A DNA stretch of 64,000 nt. It comes from Phaeosaccion multiseriatum (taxonomy: Eukaryota; Protista; Ochrophyta, other classes). Numbering within the stretch: position 1 is the first letter of the stretch; the number at the start of each line of letters is the position of its first letter. Of the stretch, positions 26,701 to 39,600 are shown in pieces. A program made the position numbers and the translations under genes. The notes under the pieces were generated by a model. It did no database searches and was not told where the DNA came from. It saw only the letters and a program-made list of their open reading frames with translations. The DNA lies in contig OZ218954.1 of assembly GCA_965112735.1 (NCBI GenBank), forward strand, positions 3,162,001 to 3,226,000. The letters run 5' to 3'.

Positions 26701-29700
26701 TTGAGGAAGATGGGACCACAACAGGCTTTGTGTGTGTGTGATGTGGCCTTGCGGGTGGGGTGGCTGGACCAATGAATTGTTGTTCTTTGTCGTTGCTTGC
26801 TCACGTTCGAAGCAAATGCAAACTCTACCCCCCCTCCCCTTCCCCAGCCACGTGGGAAGTGCAAGGCCGAGCTGCCTTCTACGATGTCGCCATGCCGGCC
26901 GATCAGCAAGGCTCGGGGCAGCAGTCTCGGTTTGGTACATGCGTGGAGCTCGGCCCCGGTGTAAGTGTGTGCCATTGCTCCCGTATGTATCTTCTTTTAC
27001 CGCCCTGCCTGCCTCTCCCCTCTCATTCTTCTCGACTCGAGGTCCCCCGCCATGCCTGTGTATGTCTTTTCGAAGCCTTCCTTGCTGCTGTTGCTGCTGC
27101 TGATGCTGCTGCTTTCAGTTTCAGTGTATTCGCCCTCCGCGTCCCCCTTCTCTCTCTCTGCTTGCTTGCACTCCTACACCCTCTTGTGCAGTGGGATGTC
27201 GATCTCACCCCCAAGCCTTGCCCCCTAACCTGCCCTTCTGTCTCATCCGATTTGCAGGTGCCTCTGCCGGCATCCACGGCGAACTACCCTGACCCCATCC
27301 TGCCATTTGAGCTGTGCGAAGACGCCATCTACACACCGTTCGGCGGAATTGATCTTCCCAGCAGTTGCGATGGCATGACAAGTGAGTGATCGAGGAGCGA
27401 GGCTTGCGTGTAATGGAGAGAGAGGAGGAGGAAGAGGAAGGAGTGATGTGAGCGAGGCTGCTGTGGGGGGAGGGGGGGGGGAGCGAGGAGAAGGGGTCAT
27501 TTTTGCAATCCGCCCTCTTCTTCGCTCATGGGCTGACACACACACCCCGCTGTTTGCCACCCCCTGTGTGCCGCTCGTTCCTTGCCCTCTCTCTGCCCGG
27601 ACCAACACCCCCGTCGCTCCTCCACAGCGTCGTACGATGCGGATAGCGACACCACCACCTGGACCGCTTCCTCATCCCTCACCTGTGGCAGCGGCGAGGC
27701 CGGGATCGTCGACGTCCAGGACGAGGGCCAATCCTTGATTGTATGTAGGCCTGGAGGGACGAAGACTTCGTTGCCTGACGTCCCTGACGCTCCACCCCTC
27801 TCGTACCAATCCCTCCCCCCTACCCTTCCCTAACCAAACAACCACAGATCGACGTTGGCACCTACGACGTCATCTTTGAGGGCGTAACCTTCCTTGTCGG
27901 CAGCTTCGCTACATCCTCCTGCTCCGGGGGAGCCTCCTTGGACATCATCGGAGATGCGGCTGAGGGGTCGGTCACCTTCTACGGCAGTGGTTTTGGAACA
28001 GCACTGTTTCTCAACGGCAACGGTGCCGACATGGACATCAATGTGCCGGCTTTCTTCAACGACTGGGTGAGTTGTCTAAGCAACAACAGCAAAGCCCCAA
28101 CAGTCCTTTGCTGGCCAACCGCTTGTCTGCTTCCTTCCTACCTCACCACCTGCTTGTCTGCCTTCCTGCCTTGTATGCCCGCCCTATCGTGCCTGCCGGC
28201 TTTGTTTTGTGCGCACCGTCCGCTGTTCTCTTTGCAGGAATATGGAGCCTTCGCGGCGGCTGAGTCCTCCTGCTCCACCAAGCTCACCTTCGGGTCCGAT
28301 GCCATCTTCACCGGAATCACGGGCACCGGACTGTCCGCTTCTGAAAGTGAGCAGCAGAGAACTGGGACTGTGTGTATGTGACTCTGAGGAAGGCGGAACA
28401 ACAACTGGGCTCTGTGTGTGTGTGTGGTGCGGCCTTGCCGCTGCGGGTGGGGTGGGCCAATGAATTGTTGTTTTTTGTCTGTGCTCACGTTCGAAGCAAA
28501 TGCAAACTCTACCCCCCCTCCCCTTCCCCAGCCACGTGGGAAGTGCTAGGCCGAGCTGCCTTCTACGATGTCGCCACACCGGCCGATCAGCGAGGCTCGG
28601 GGCAGCAGTCTCGGTTTGGAACATGCGTGGAGCTCGGCCCCGGTGTGAGTGTGTGCCAGTGCTCCCGTATTTATCTTCTTTTACCACCCTGCCTGCCTCT
28701 CCCCTCTCATTCATCTCGACTCGAGGTCCCCCGCCATGCCTGTGTATGTCTTTTCGAAGCCTTCCTTGCTGCTGTTGCTGCTGCTGATGCTGCTGCTTTC
28801 AGTTTCAGTGTATTCGCCCTCCGCCGTCCCCACTGCTGCATCTCTGGCTGCTTGCTTGCACTCCTACGCCCTCTTGTGCAGTGGGATGTCGATCTCACCC
28901 CCAAGCCTTGCCCCCTACCCTGCCCTTCTGTCTCATCCGATTTGCAGGTGCCTCTGCCGGCATCCACGGCGAACTACCCTGACCCCATCCTGCCATTTGA
29001 GCTGTGCGAAGACGCCATCTACGCACCCGCACCGTTCGGCGGAATTGATCTTCCCAGCAGTTGCGATGGCATGACAAGTGAGTGATCGAGGAGCGAGGCT
29101 TGCGTGTAATGGAGAGAGAGGAGGAGGAAGAGGAAGGAGTGATTTGAGCGAGGCTGCTGTGGGGGGGGGGGGGGGGTCAAGCAAGGCGAGGGGAAGTCGA
29201 GACGGGAAGGGGTCATTTTTGCAATCCGCCCTCTTCTTCGCTCATGGGCTGACACACACACCCCGCTGTTTGCTACCCCCTGTGTGCCGCTCGTTCCTTG
29301 CCCTCTCTCTGCCCGGACCAACACCCCCGTCGCTCCTCCACAGCGTCGTACGATGCGGATAGCGACACCACCACCTGGACCGCTTCCTCATCCCTCACCT
29401 GTGGCAGCGGCGAGGCCGAGATCGTCTTCGTCTCGGACGAGAGCCAATCCTTGATTGTAAGTAGGCCTGGAGGGATGAAGACTTCGTCGCCTGACGTCTC
29501 TGACGCTCGCTCCACCCCTCTCGTACCAATCCCTCCCCCCTACCCTTCCCCAACCAAACAACCACAGATCGACGTTGGCACCTACGACGTCGTCTTCAAT
29601 GTCGTAGCCATCAATGTCGGCAGCTTCGCTACATCCTCCTGCTCCGGGGGAGCCTCCTTGGACATCATCGGAGATGCGGCGGAGGGGTCGGTCACCTTCA

Positions 29701-32700
29701 ACGGCGGTGGTTTTGGAGTAGCACTGTCTCTCCTCGGCAACGGTGCCGACGTGGACATCAATGTGCCGGCTTTCTTCAACGACTGGGTGAGTTGTCTAAG
29801 CAACAACAGCAAAGCCCCAACAGTCCTTTGCTGGCCAACCGCTTGTCTCCTTCCTTCCTACCTCACCACCTGCTTGTCTGCCTTCTTGCCTTGTCTGCCC
29901 GCCCTATCGTGCCTGCCCGCTTTGCTTTCGTGCTTTTGTGGGCACCGTCCGCTCTTCTCTTTGCAGGAAAATGGAGCCAATGCGGGGGCTCGGTCCTCCT
30001 GCTCCACCATGCTCACCTTCGCGTCCGATGCCATCTTCACCGGCATCACGGGCACCGGACTGTTCGCTTTTGAAAGTGAGCAGCAGAGAACTGGGACTGT
30101 GTGTATGTGACTCTGAGGAAGGCGGAACAACAACTGGGCTCTGTGTGTGTGTGTGGTGTGGCCTTGCGGGTGGGCTGGGCCAACGAATTGTTGTTCTTTG
30201 TCGTTGCTTGCTCACGTTCGAAGCAAATGCAAACTCTACCCCCCCTCCCCTTCCCCAGCCACGTGGGAAGTGCAAGGCCGAGCTGCCTTCTACGATGTCG
30301 CCATGCCGGCAGATCAGCAAGGCTCGGGGCAGCAGTCTCGGTTTGGAACATGCGTGGAGCTCGGCCCCGGTGTAAGTGTGTGCCATTGCTCCCGTATGTA
30401 TCTTCTTTTACCGCCCTGCCTACCTCTCCCCTCTCATTCTTCTCGACTCGAGGTCCCCCGCCATGCCTGTGTATGTCTTTTCGAAGCCTTCCTTGCTGCG
30501 GTTGCTGATGCTGCTGCTTTCAGTTTCAGTGTATTCGCCCTCCGCCGTCCCCACTGTTGCATCTCTGGCTGCTTGCTTGCACTCCTACGCCCTCTTGTGC
30601 AGTGGGATGTCGATCTCACCCCCAAGCCTTGCCCCCTACCCTGCCCTTCTGTCTCATCCGATTTGCAGGTGCCTCTGCCGGCATCCACGGCGAACTACCC
30701 TGACCCCATCCTGCCATTTGAGCTGTGCGAAGACGCCATGTACGCACCGTTCGACGGAATTGATCTTCCCAGCAGTTGCGATGGCATGACAAGTGAGTGA
30801 TCGAGGAGCGAGGCTTGCGTGTAATATAGAGAGAGGAGGAGGAAGAGGAAGGAGTGATGTGAGCGAGGCTGCTGTTGGGGGGGGGGCGGTCAAGGCGAGG
30901 GGAAGTCGAGAGGGGAAGGGGTCATTTTTGCAATCCGCCCTCTTCTTCGCTCATGGGCTGACACACACACCCCGCTGTTTGCTACCCCCTGTGTGCCGCT
31001 CGTTCCTTGCCCTCTCTCTGCCCGGACCAACACCCCCGTCGCTCCTCCACAGCGTCGTACGATGCGGATAGCGACACCACCACCTGGACCGCTTCCTCAT
31101 CCCTCACCTGTGGCAGCGGCGAGGCCGGGATCGTCGACGTCCAGGACGAGGGCCAATCCTTGATTGTATGTAGGCCTGGAGGGATGAAGACTTCGTTGCC
31201 TGACGTCTCTGACGCTCCACCCCTCTCGTACCAATCCCTCCCCCCTACCCTTCCCCAACCAAACAACCACAGATCGACGTTGGCACCTACGACGTCATCT
31301 TTGAGGGCGTAACCTTCCTTGTCGGCAGCTTCGCTACAAGATCCTGCTCCGGGGGAGCCTCCTTGGACATCATCGGAGTTGCGGCTGAGGGGTCGGTCAC
31401 CTTCAACGGCAGTGGAAGTGGAACAGCACTGTTTCTCAACGGCAACGGTGCCGACATGGACATCAATGTGCCGGCTTTCTTCAACGACTGGGTGAGTTGT
31501 CTAAGCAACAACAGCAAAGCCCCAACAGTCCTTTGCTGGCCAACCGCTTGTCTCCTTCCTTCCTACCTCACCACCTGCTTGTCTGCCTTCTTGCTTTGTA
31601 TGCCCGCCCTATCGTGCCTGCCGGCTTTGTTTTGTGCGCACCGTCCGCTCTTCTCTTTGCAGGAATATGGAGCCTTTGCGGCGGCTGAGTCCTCCTGCTC
31701 CACCATGCTCACCTTCGGGTCCGATGCCATCTTCACCGGAATCACGGGCACCGGACTGTTCGCTTTTGAAAGTGAGCAGCAGAGAACTGGGACTGTGTGT
31801 ATGTGGCCTTGAGGAAGATGGGACCACAACAGGCTTTGTGTGTGTGTGGTGTGGCTTTGCGGGTGGGGTGGCTGGGCCAATGAATTGTTGTTCTTTGTCG
31901 TTGCTTGGCTGCTCACGTTCGAAGCAAATGCAAACTCTACCCCCCCTCCCCTTCCCCAGCCACGTGGGAAGTGCTAGGCCGAGCTGCCTTCCACGATGTC
32001 GCCACACCGGCCGATCAGCAAGGCTCGGGGCAGCAGTCTCGGTTTGGAACATGCGTGGAGCTCGGCCCCGGTGTAAGTGTGTGCCATTGCTCCCGTATTT
32101 ATCTTCTTTTACCGCCCTGCCTGCCTCTCCCCTCTCATTCTTCTCGACTCGAGGTCCCCCGCCATGCCTGTGTATGTCTTTTCGAAGCCTTCCTTGCTGC
32201 TGTTGCTGCTGCTGATGCTGCTGCTTTCAGTTTCAGTGTATTCGCCCTCCGCCGTCCCCACTGCTGCATCTCTGGCTGCTTGCTTGCACTCCTACGCCCT
32301 CTTGTGCAGTGGGATGTCGATCTCACCCCCAAGCCTTGCCCCCTACCCTGCCCTTCTGTCTCATCCGATTTGCAGGTGCCTCTGCCGGCATCCACGGCGA
32401 GCTACCCTGACCCCATCCTGCCATTTGAGCTGTGCGAAGACGCCATCTACGCACCCGAAACCTCTCTTCCCACACCCACTCCCACTCCTCCCCCGGTGGC
32501 ACCTCCCACGGGCGTCAACTGCGCCTCCTTGGGGTGGGTAGGTAGCTGTGGTGCCTTCACCGACGCTGGCTCGTGCAACTGCTGGGCAGGATCTGCCTTC
32601 GCCTGCTCGTGGTCCGGTAGCAGCTGCGGCACTGGCGGTGGTGGCGGTGGCCCAGCGCCCACTCCCCCTCCTTTGACAACCCCCACTCCTCCTACGGTGA

Positions 32701-33549
32701 GTCAAGCAGTCGCTGTGTCGCACTGACTCGGGTCAACAAGCTCATTTCACTCTCCCTCTTGTTTCTATACAAAGGTCGCATCCACCCCCGCCCCTGTTGC
32801 CCCCATGACCGAGACCACAACCACGGCGTACATTGCCCCGGATGAACCCACAACCACGGCGTACATTGCCCCGGATGAACCCACAACCACATCGTACGTT
32901 GCCCCGGATGAATCCACAACGCCGGCGCCCGTTGCCCCCATGACCGAGGCCACAACGCCGGCGCCCGTTGCCCCGGATGTGACCCCCGAGGGCGAGTGCA
33001 TGGTGCCCTCGGCCTGCGCAGCCACTGAGGCCGACATTGAGCAGCTGGCTCTGTCCCACAAGTGCATCACCGTGGACACCACCTGCGGTACTGACGATGC
33101 GCCCGTCAACTGCAACATGTTCGGCCTGGGCCAGGACTGCAGGTGAGGAGATGTGGGTGTGGCGGGGGTATCATAAAGGAGAGGATTCGTCCCTATCCTT
33201 GGCATTGTCTCATGCTCTTCGTTTTTTGGCTCCTCGTCGTTGCTGTGTTGTTCATCACCTACTCAGGGGCTGCTACATGTCGTGCGAGGGAGCCATGATG
33301 CACCTCGCCGCCTACCCGTCCACGCCAGACTCGGAATTCTTCTTCTGCCCTTCCACGGGCCTGACCTACGACATGTGCACCGACGAAACCCCCCCCGATG
33401 ACACGGGCGATTGTGTGTGCGACGGCTTTGGCGAGTCTTGCTTCATGGACAGCTCATGTGTGTTGGGTGAACTCGGATGCAACGTCCGCGGCATACTGGC
33501 TTGCCGCTTCTGTGGGTTCGGTGCCTACTCCGATATCGCATGCCCTTAG
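23727..33549 (+). CDS. Secreted tandem-cassette protein A (~1450-1560 aa): signal peptide, 5 repeat domains, Pro/Thr linkers, Cys-rich C-terminal modules
   Basis: Signal exon 23727-23835 (MGRAAALISVLLLGSGTARSLAA). Five-exon cassettes start at 24233, 25945, 27628, 29344, 31053; cassette 1 exons are 24233-24339, 24451-24669, 24845-24953, 25131-25243, 25548 (or 25482)-25677. Tail exons 32376-32696, 32775-33142, 33267-33549 (TAG). All GT-AG and in frame; no TM or GPI signal seen. Confidence 0.88.
24233..32455 (+). repeat. Five ~1.7-kb exon+intron cassette repeats in gene A
   Basis: Units 24233-25677, 25945-27381, 27628-29077, 29344-30792, 31053-~32455 share both exon and intron sequence. Confidence 0.95.
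32805..32985 (+). repeat. 33-bp coding tandem repeats (TTTAYIAPDEP / TTPAPVAPMTE), mucin-like linker
   Basis: In-frame 11-aa repeats; a paralogous copy lies at ~45560-45740. Confidence 0.85.
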
Positions 33550-33725
33550 ACAACCGTGTTGCACTTCGTCTGTTAGCTACTGTCGTTGTACTCTGGGTGG
33601 TGTTGTCGTTGTAAGTGTTCGTCGCTGAACACCTTGATAACCAGCTGTAGTAGCAAAAACAGTGTTAATTTCAAGTGGCATTTCAAACGCGAGTTAGCTA
33701 AGTGATTAATGAAGGATAGCTTTAC

Positions 33726-35620
33726 GGGCGTTGGTGATTCGTATAGCTCGTTGATTTCTATCACTTGCCTGCCATTTGTGCGGATGTGGAGAGAGACAGT
33801 ATACCCATCCTCTACCCTCCCACTCATCCATTCACCCACCCCCTCTCACCCACCCACCCTTCCTTGCAACCATGCCCTTTAACAAGCACAGATCAATCAA
33901 GTGCACATAGTGCGGCAAGGGGGCCTCACCCCCCTCCTCCGCTTGGCCAAGTTGGGTACCCGAGCCCCATACGTGAGCAGATGCGCCGCCATGTGTGTTT
34001 CCAATCTGGCCTGTAACCGCCAAAACCGCCTGCCCTTTGTAGAGGCCGGAGGATTGTCACATTTGGCCGCCATGGCGTCTGAGGATGGGCGGTTGGAGGT
34101 GCAGAGAGGAGCGGCGCTTGCCCTCTACAACCTTTCCGGGGCGGTGGCCAATCAGGTTGATGTGGTGGAGGGGAGGGAGGGAGGGACGGTGGATGGATGA
34201 ATGGATGTGGGTGACTGGGGGGCAACCCAACCAAGGCCAACATGAACCCTTTTTCTCTCTCTTCTCTCTCCTCTCTCGTCCCCCCACTCCCGTCCAAACC
34301 CACCCTCACCCCTCCTCCCCTCCCAACCCAGGTGCCAATGGCCAAAGCGGGTGTGTGCGGCTCCATGGTGGCACTGACCAAGTGTCCCGACGTGGACTGC
34401 AAGCGATATGCGGTCATGGCACTCGCCAACCTCGCTGCCAACTGTGAAACACGCGAGACGGCAACGCGTTCAGGGGGGGCTCCCGGCTGCCGTGGGGCTG
34501 TTATCCGACGCCGACGGAGAGTGCAGGAGGTAGGTAGTCAACCTGTTCTCCCTTGCTCTCCCCTCTCTCGCTCGCTCTCTCTCTCTCTCTTTCTCTTTGC
34601 CTCTCTCTCGCTCTCTCTCTCTCTTTCTCTTTGCCTCTCTCTCGCTCTCGCCCCCCTCTTTGTCTTGCTCACCCTATACTCGCTTTCTCTCTCCTCCCTT
34701 TTTTATATCTCTCTCTCCCTCGCTATCTCTGCTTTCCTCAACCTTCTTGCCTGCCCTTCCCACTCCCACAACTCCCACCACCACCACATCACCACCATCA
34801 CCACCACCACCACATCACCAACAGATACGCCGCCAGAGCCGTCGCCAACATGGCCAATGAGCCGCTGTGCAAACCGGTTTGGTTGTGCATGGAGGCCTCG
34901 TGCCCTTGTTAAAGTTGGCGGCGTCCGTGAGCGCGGATGACCAACGGCACGCCCTCATGGCACTTGCCAACCTCGCTGCCAGTGAAGGGAATCACGCGCA
35001 ACTCACGTCGAAAGGTGGGGCTCGGGGAATTCCGTCACATTCACTCACTCACTCACTCACTCACTCCCTCACTCACTTAATCACTCACTCACTCAACTCA
35101 CCCACTCACAGACTCACCCACTCACTCAATCAGTCACTCACTCACTCACTTACTCACTCACTTACCCACTCGCTCACTCACTCACTCACTCACTCACTCA
35201 CTCACTCACTCACTCACTCACTCACTCACTCACTCACCAACCCCCTCACTCCCTCACCCACATACTGCCACCCCCACCGCCCTCCACGGCCATCCACTAC
35301 CATCCCCCCCCCACAGCCATCCACTGCCATCAGGTGGTCTAGACGAGCTCGTTCGCCTCGCCAACTCCCTGGAGCCTGACGTGAGGGAACTTGCAGCCTT
35401 TGCGCTGGCCAATGCAACGGGCAATGCCGACTATCTCGACGTGGTGGGCCACAAGGGAGGCATCGTGCCCCTCATTGGCCTCGCGGTACGATCCGTCAAC
35501 TGTCTACCTGCGTACCTACCTGTTTGCCTGCCCTTCCTACCCGTATGCCTGCCTATACCCCATGCACTACATGCCTGCCCTACGCCCATACGCCGCACCC
35601 ATATGCCTGCCTATTGATGT
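33726..35620 (+). pseudogene. Duplicated internal fragment of the ARM gene (copy of ~7869-9987; four exons with introns)
   Basis: Colinear with exons 8044-8307, 8499-8695, 9073-9263 and 9701-9852, introns included. +1 frameshift in the G-run at ~34475 and a 1-nt deletion at ~34866 (gagccgctgtgc vs gagccgcgtgtgc). Starts and ends inside introns. Confidence 0.92.
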
Positions 35621-35867
35621 CGGCCGTGCGATGATATCCCCATTCGAGAGGTGGAACTGGAAAGCGACAGACACGTAGTCCATGCCATCGGCGTCGATAC
35701 GAAGCTCCACACCACCGCCCTCCTCTTCTACTGCTACGGCCGCCTTATGCCATCCAGCAGCTGTCCCAAAAAAAAAACTTTGAACGTGTGGCGTTAAGTG
35801 CCATCTATGGCCAAACCGTTGCTGACATATTTTTCGGTGCTGCTGCCGCATGGAGCGAAGCCGCAGC

Positions 35868-35904
<37 letters not shown>

Positions 35905-36185
35905 CAGTATCATTTCCTGATTACATGGCTACCTCAGAACCTTGTCACGGGCCGACTGTATTGCCACGAGCTGAAATCGCGGAGCGAGCAGGCCAGTTCG
36001 AGATGAGATGACATCAACCCTCCCTCTTTTTTTTTTCCCTTCCCTCCTTCCTTCCCTCCCTCCCTCACTCCTTCCCTCCTCCCTCTCCCCCTCCTTCCGC
36101 ACTCTCCTGCGCGACCATTGTTCTTCTTTACCGTTTCCGATAAGTCAACAAATAACGCCGTCGTGGCGGCACAGTTTTTTCACCC

Positions 36186-36260
36186 CAACCCCTGATACAC
36201 TATCCGCTATCCGCTATCGGCCGGCGGCCGATAGCGCGCTATCGAGAATGTGGGCGATAG
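36186..36260 (-). mobile_element. Inverted, internally deleted and truncated copy of element family 1
   Basis: caacccctgatacactatccgctatccgctatcggccggcggccgatagcgcgctatcgagaatgtgggcgatag is the reverse complement of the two ends of 16943-17246 joined together. Confidence 0.85.
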
Positions 36261-36664
36261 TTTCTTCGCTGGTCCTCGCCAAACCTCCCAGGGAGTGCGC
36301 GACCATTGTTCTTTACCGTCTCCGACAAGTCAACAAATAATGCTTCTCCGCCGGAGCTCTACGCTGGTCCTCGTTTTCCGCCCGCCGCACTCTCCTCCGC
36401 ACCAAACCTCCAGGGAAAGTTGCGCTTCCATTGTTCTTTACCGTCTCCGATAAGTCAACAAATAATGCTTCTCCGCCTCCCGCCAGATCACGCCTCCTCA
36501 GAAACAAACCGACGAGGTTTCGTCTCCTGCGATATCCTCCTGCTGAACTTATCTGTTGGTTCGGGGCGAGGGGAACTGGGCGCAACACCAGCAGGGAAGT
36601 CACTTTCCCTCTTACAATTAAAAAAGGGCCTGGAAGAAGGATAACGAAGAAGAACAAGCAAGAG

Positions 36665-39600
36665 ATGGGACGAGCTGCTGCGCTCGTAGGCGTGCTGCTC
36701 CTCGGGAGTGGTACAGCAAGGTCATTGGCGGCCGAAGTGCCACTTCCCACGAGTGATTGCACGGGCTTCAGAAGTGAGTTCTCCACGCGGAAGGAAGTCA
36801 ATACAAGCAAGAGAAGAGATGAGAGACGTCCTCCTCACCAAGGGAAAACGACGGCAGGATAGAAGAGAAGAGATGAAAGCCTTCCTTCCTGTGTGTTGTT
36901 GCTTGCCTTCTTCATGTAAACGAAGGACATTGAGCTTCATTTTTCCTGCCTCCTCCTCCAAGGGTACTTCCAAGAAAAAGTTCCGTCGTTTTCTGCAAGT
37001 ATCCTTATCCTCAACCCCCCCTTTTTACCAACTCAACTCCTCCACCCCCTCCTCCACAGCGTTCTACGATTTTGATAGCGACACCACCATCTGGGCTGCT
37101 GACTCGTCCTTCACCTGTGGCAGCGGCGAGGCCGTCGCCGTCGACGTCAGGGACGAGGGCCAATCCTTGATTGTAAGTAGGCCTGGAAGGATGGAGACTT
37201 CGTTGCCTGAGGTCTCTGACGCTCCACCCCTCTCGTACCCCTCCCCCCTACCCTGGCGCCTTCCCCAACCAAACAACCACAGATCGACATTGGCGCCAAC
37301 GATGTCGTCTTTGAGGGCGTAACCTTCTCTGTCGGCAGCTTCGCTACATCCTCCTGCTCCGGGGGAGCCTCCTTGGACATCGACGGTGATGCGGCGAAGG
37401 GGTCGGTCACCTTCAACGGCAGTGGAAGTGGAACAGCACTGTCTCTCAGCGGCAACGGTGCCGATGTGGACATCAATGTGCCGGCTTTCTTCAACGACTG
37501 GGTGAGTTGTCTAAGCAACAACAGCAAAGCCCCAGCAGTCCTTTGCTGGCCAACCGCTTGTCTCGTTCCTTCCTACCTCACCACCTGCTTTGTCTACCTT
37601 CCTGCCTTGTCTGCCCGTCCTATCGTGCCTGCCCGCTTTGCTTTGTGGGCACCGTCCGCTCTTCTCTTTGCAGGAAAATGGAGCCGATGCGTCGGCGCAG
37701 TCCTCCTGCTCCACCATGCTCACCTTCGGGTCCGATGCCATCTTCACCCGCATCACGGGCACCGGAGTGTCCGCGTTTGAAAGTGAGCAGCAGAGAACTG
37801 GGACTGTGTGTATGTGACTCTGAGGAAGGCGGAACAACAACTGGGCTCTGTGTGTGTGTGTGGTGCGGCCTTGCCGCTGCGGGTGGGGTGGGCCAATGAA
37901 ATGTTGTTTTTTGTCTGTGCTCACGTTCGAAGCAAATGCAAACTCTACCCCCCCTCCCCTTCCCCAGCCACGTGGGAAGTGCAAGGCCGAGCTGCCTTCT
38001 TCGATGTCGCCATGCCGGCCGATCAGCGAGGCACGGGGCAGCAGTCTCGGTTTGGAACGTGCGTGGAGCTCGGCCCCGGTGTAAGTGTGTGCCATTGCTC
38101 CCGTATGTATCTTCACTTACAGCCCTGCCTGCCTCTCCCCTCGCATTCTTCTCGACTCGATGTCCCCCGCCATGTCTGTGTATGTATTTTAAAGCTCCTT
38201 GCTGCTGCTGCTGATGCAGCTAATCTCAGTTTCAGTGTATTCGCCCTCCGCCGTCCCCACTGCTGCACATCTCTGGCTGCTTGCAGGCACTCCTACGCCC
38301 TCTTGTGCAGTGGGATGTCGATCTCACCCCCAAGCCTTGCCCCCTACCCTGCCCTTCTGTCTCATCCGATTTGCAGGTGCCTCTGCCGTCATCCACGGCG
38401 AACTACCCTGACCCCATCCTGCCATTTGAGCTGTGCGAAGACGCCATCTACGCATTCGCGCACGACGGAATTGATCTTCCCAGCAGTTGCGATGGGATGA
38501 CACGTGAGTGATCGAGGAGTGAGGCTTGCGTGTAATATAGAGAGAGGAGGAGGAAGAGAAAGGAGTGATGTGAGGCTGCTGTGGGGGGGGGGGGGGGGGT
38601 CAAGGCGAGGGGAAGGCGAGAGGGGAAGGGTCATTTTTGCAATCCGCCCTCTTCTTCGCTCATGGGCTGACACACACATCCCGCTGTTTGCTACCCCCTG
38701 TGTGCCGCTCGTTCCTTGCCCTCTCTCTGCCCGGACCAACACCCCCGTCGCTCCTCCACAGCGTCGTACGATGCGGATAGCGACACCACCACCTGGACCG
38801 CTTCCTCATCCCTCACCTGTGGCAGCGGCGAGGAGGTCGTCTTCGTCAGGGACGAGGGCCAATCCTTGATTGTAAGTAGGCCTGGAGGGATGAAGACTTC
38901 GTTGCCTGACGTCTCTGACACTGCCGTCCACCGCTCTCGTACCCCGCCCTCCCCCCTACCCTTCTTCCCCAACTAAACAACCACAGATCGACGTTGGCAC
39001 CTACGACGTCGTCTTCGATGGCGTAACCTTCGATGTCGGCAACTTCGCTTCACCCTCCTGCTCCGGGGGAGCCTCCTTGGACATCATCGGAGATGCGGCG
39101 GAGGGGTCGGTCACCTTCAACGGCAGTGGTTTTGCTTTTGCCGCACTGTCTCTCAGCGGCAACGGTGCCGACCTTGACATCAATGTGCCGGCTTTCTTCA
39201 ACGACTGGGTGAGTTGTCTAAGCAACAACAGCAAAGCCCCAACAGTCCTTTGCTGGCCAACCGCTTGTCTGCTTCCTTCCTACCTCACCACCTGCTTTGT
39301 CTGCCTTCTTGCCTTGTCTGCCCGTCCTATCGTGTCTGCCCGCTTTGCTTTGTGGGCACCGTCCGATTTTCTCTTTGCAGCAAAATGGAGTTCTTGCGTT
39401 TGCGCAGTCCTCCTGCTCCACCATGCTCACCTTCGGGTCCGATGCCATCTTCACAGGCATCACGGGCACCGGACTGTCCGCGTTTGAAAGTGAGCAGCAG
39501 AGAACTGGGACTGTGTGTATGTGACTCTGAGGAAGGCGGAAGAGCAACTGGGCTCTGTGTGTGTGTGGTGTGGCCTTGCGGGTGGGGTGGGCCAATGAAG

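Noticed and set aside
33892-35473. ARM fragment as a functional second ARM gene or a fusion with gene A
   Set aside because: Gene A terminates at 33549; the fragment has two frameshifts and no start exon.
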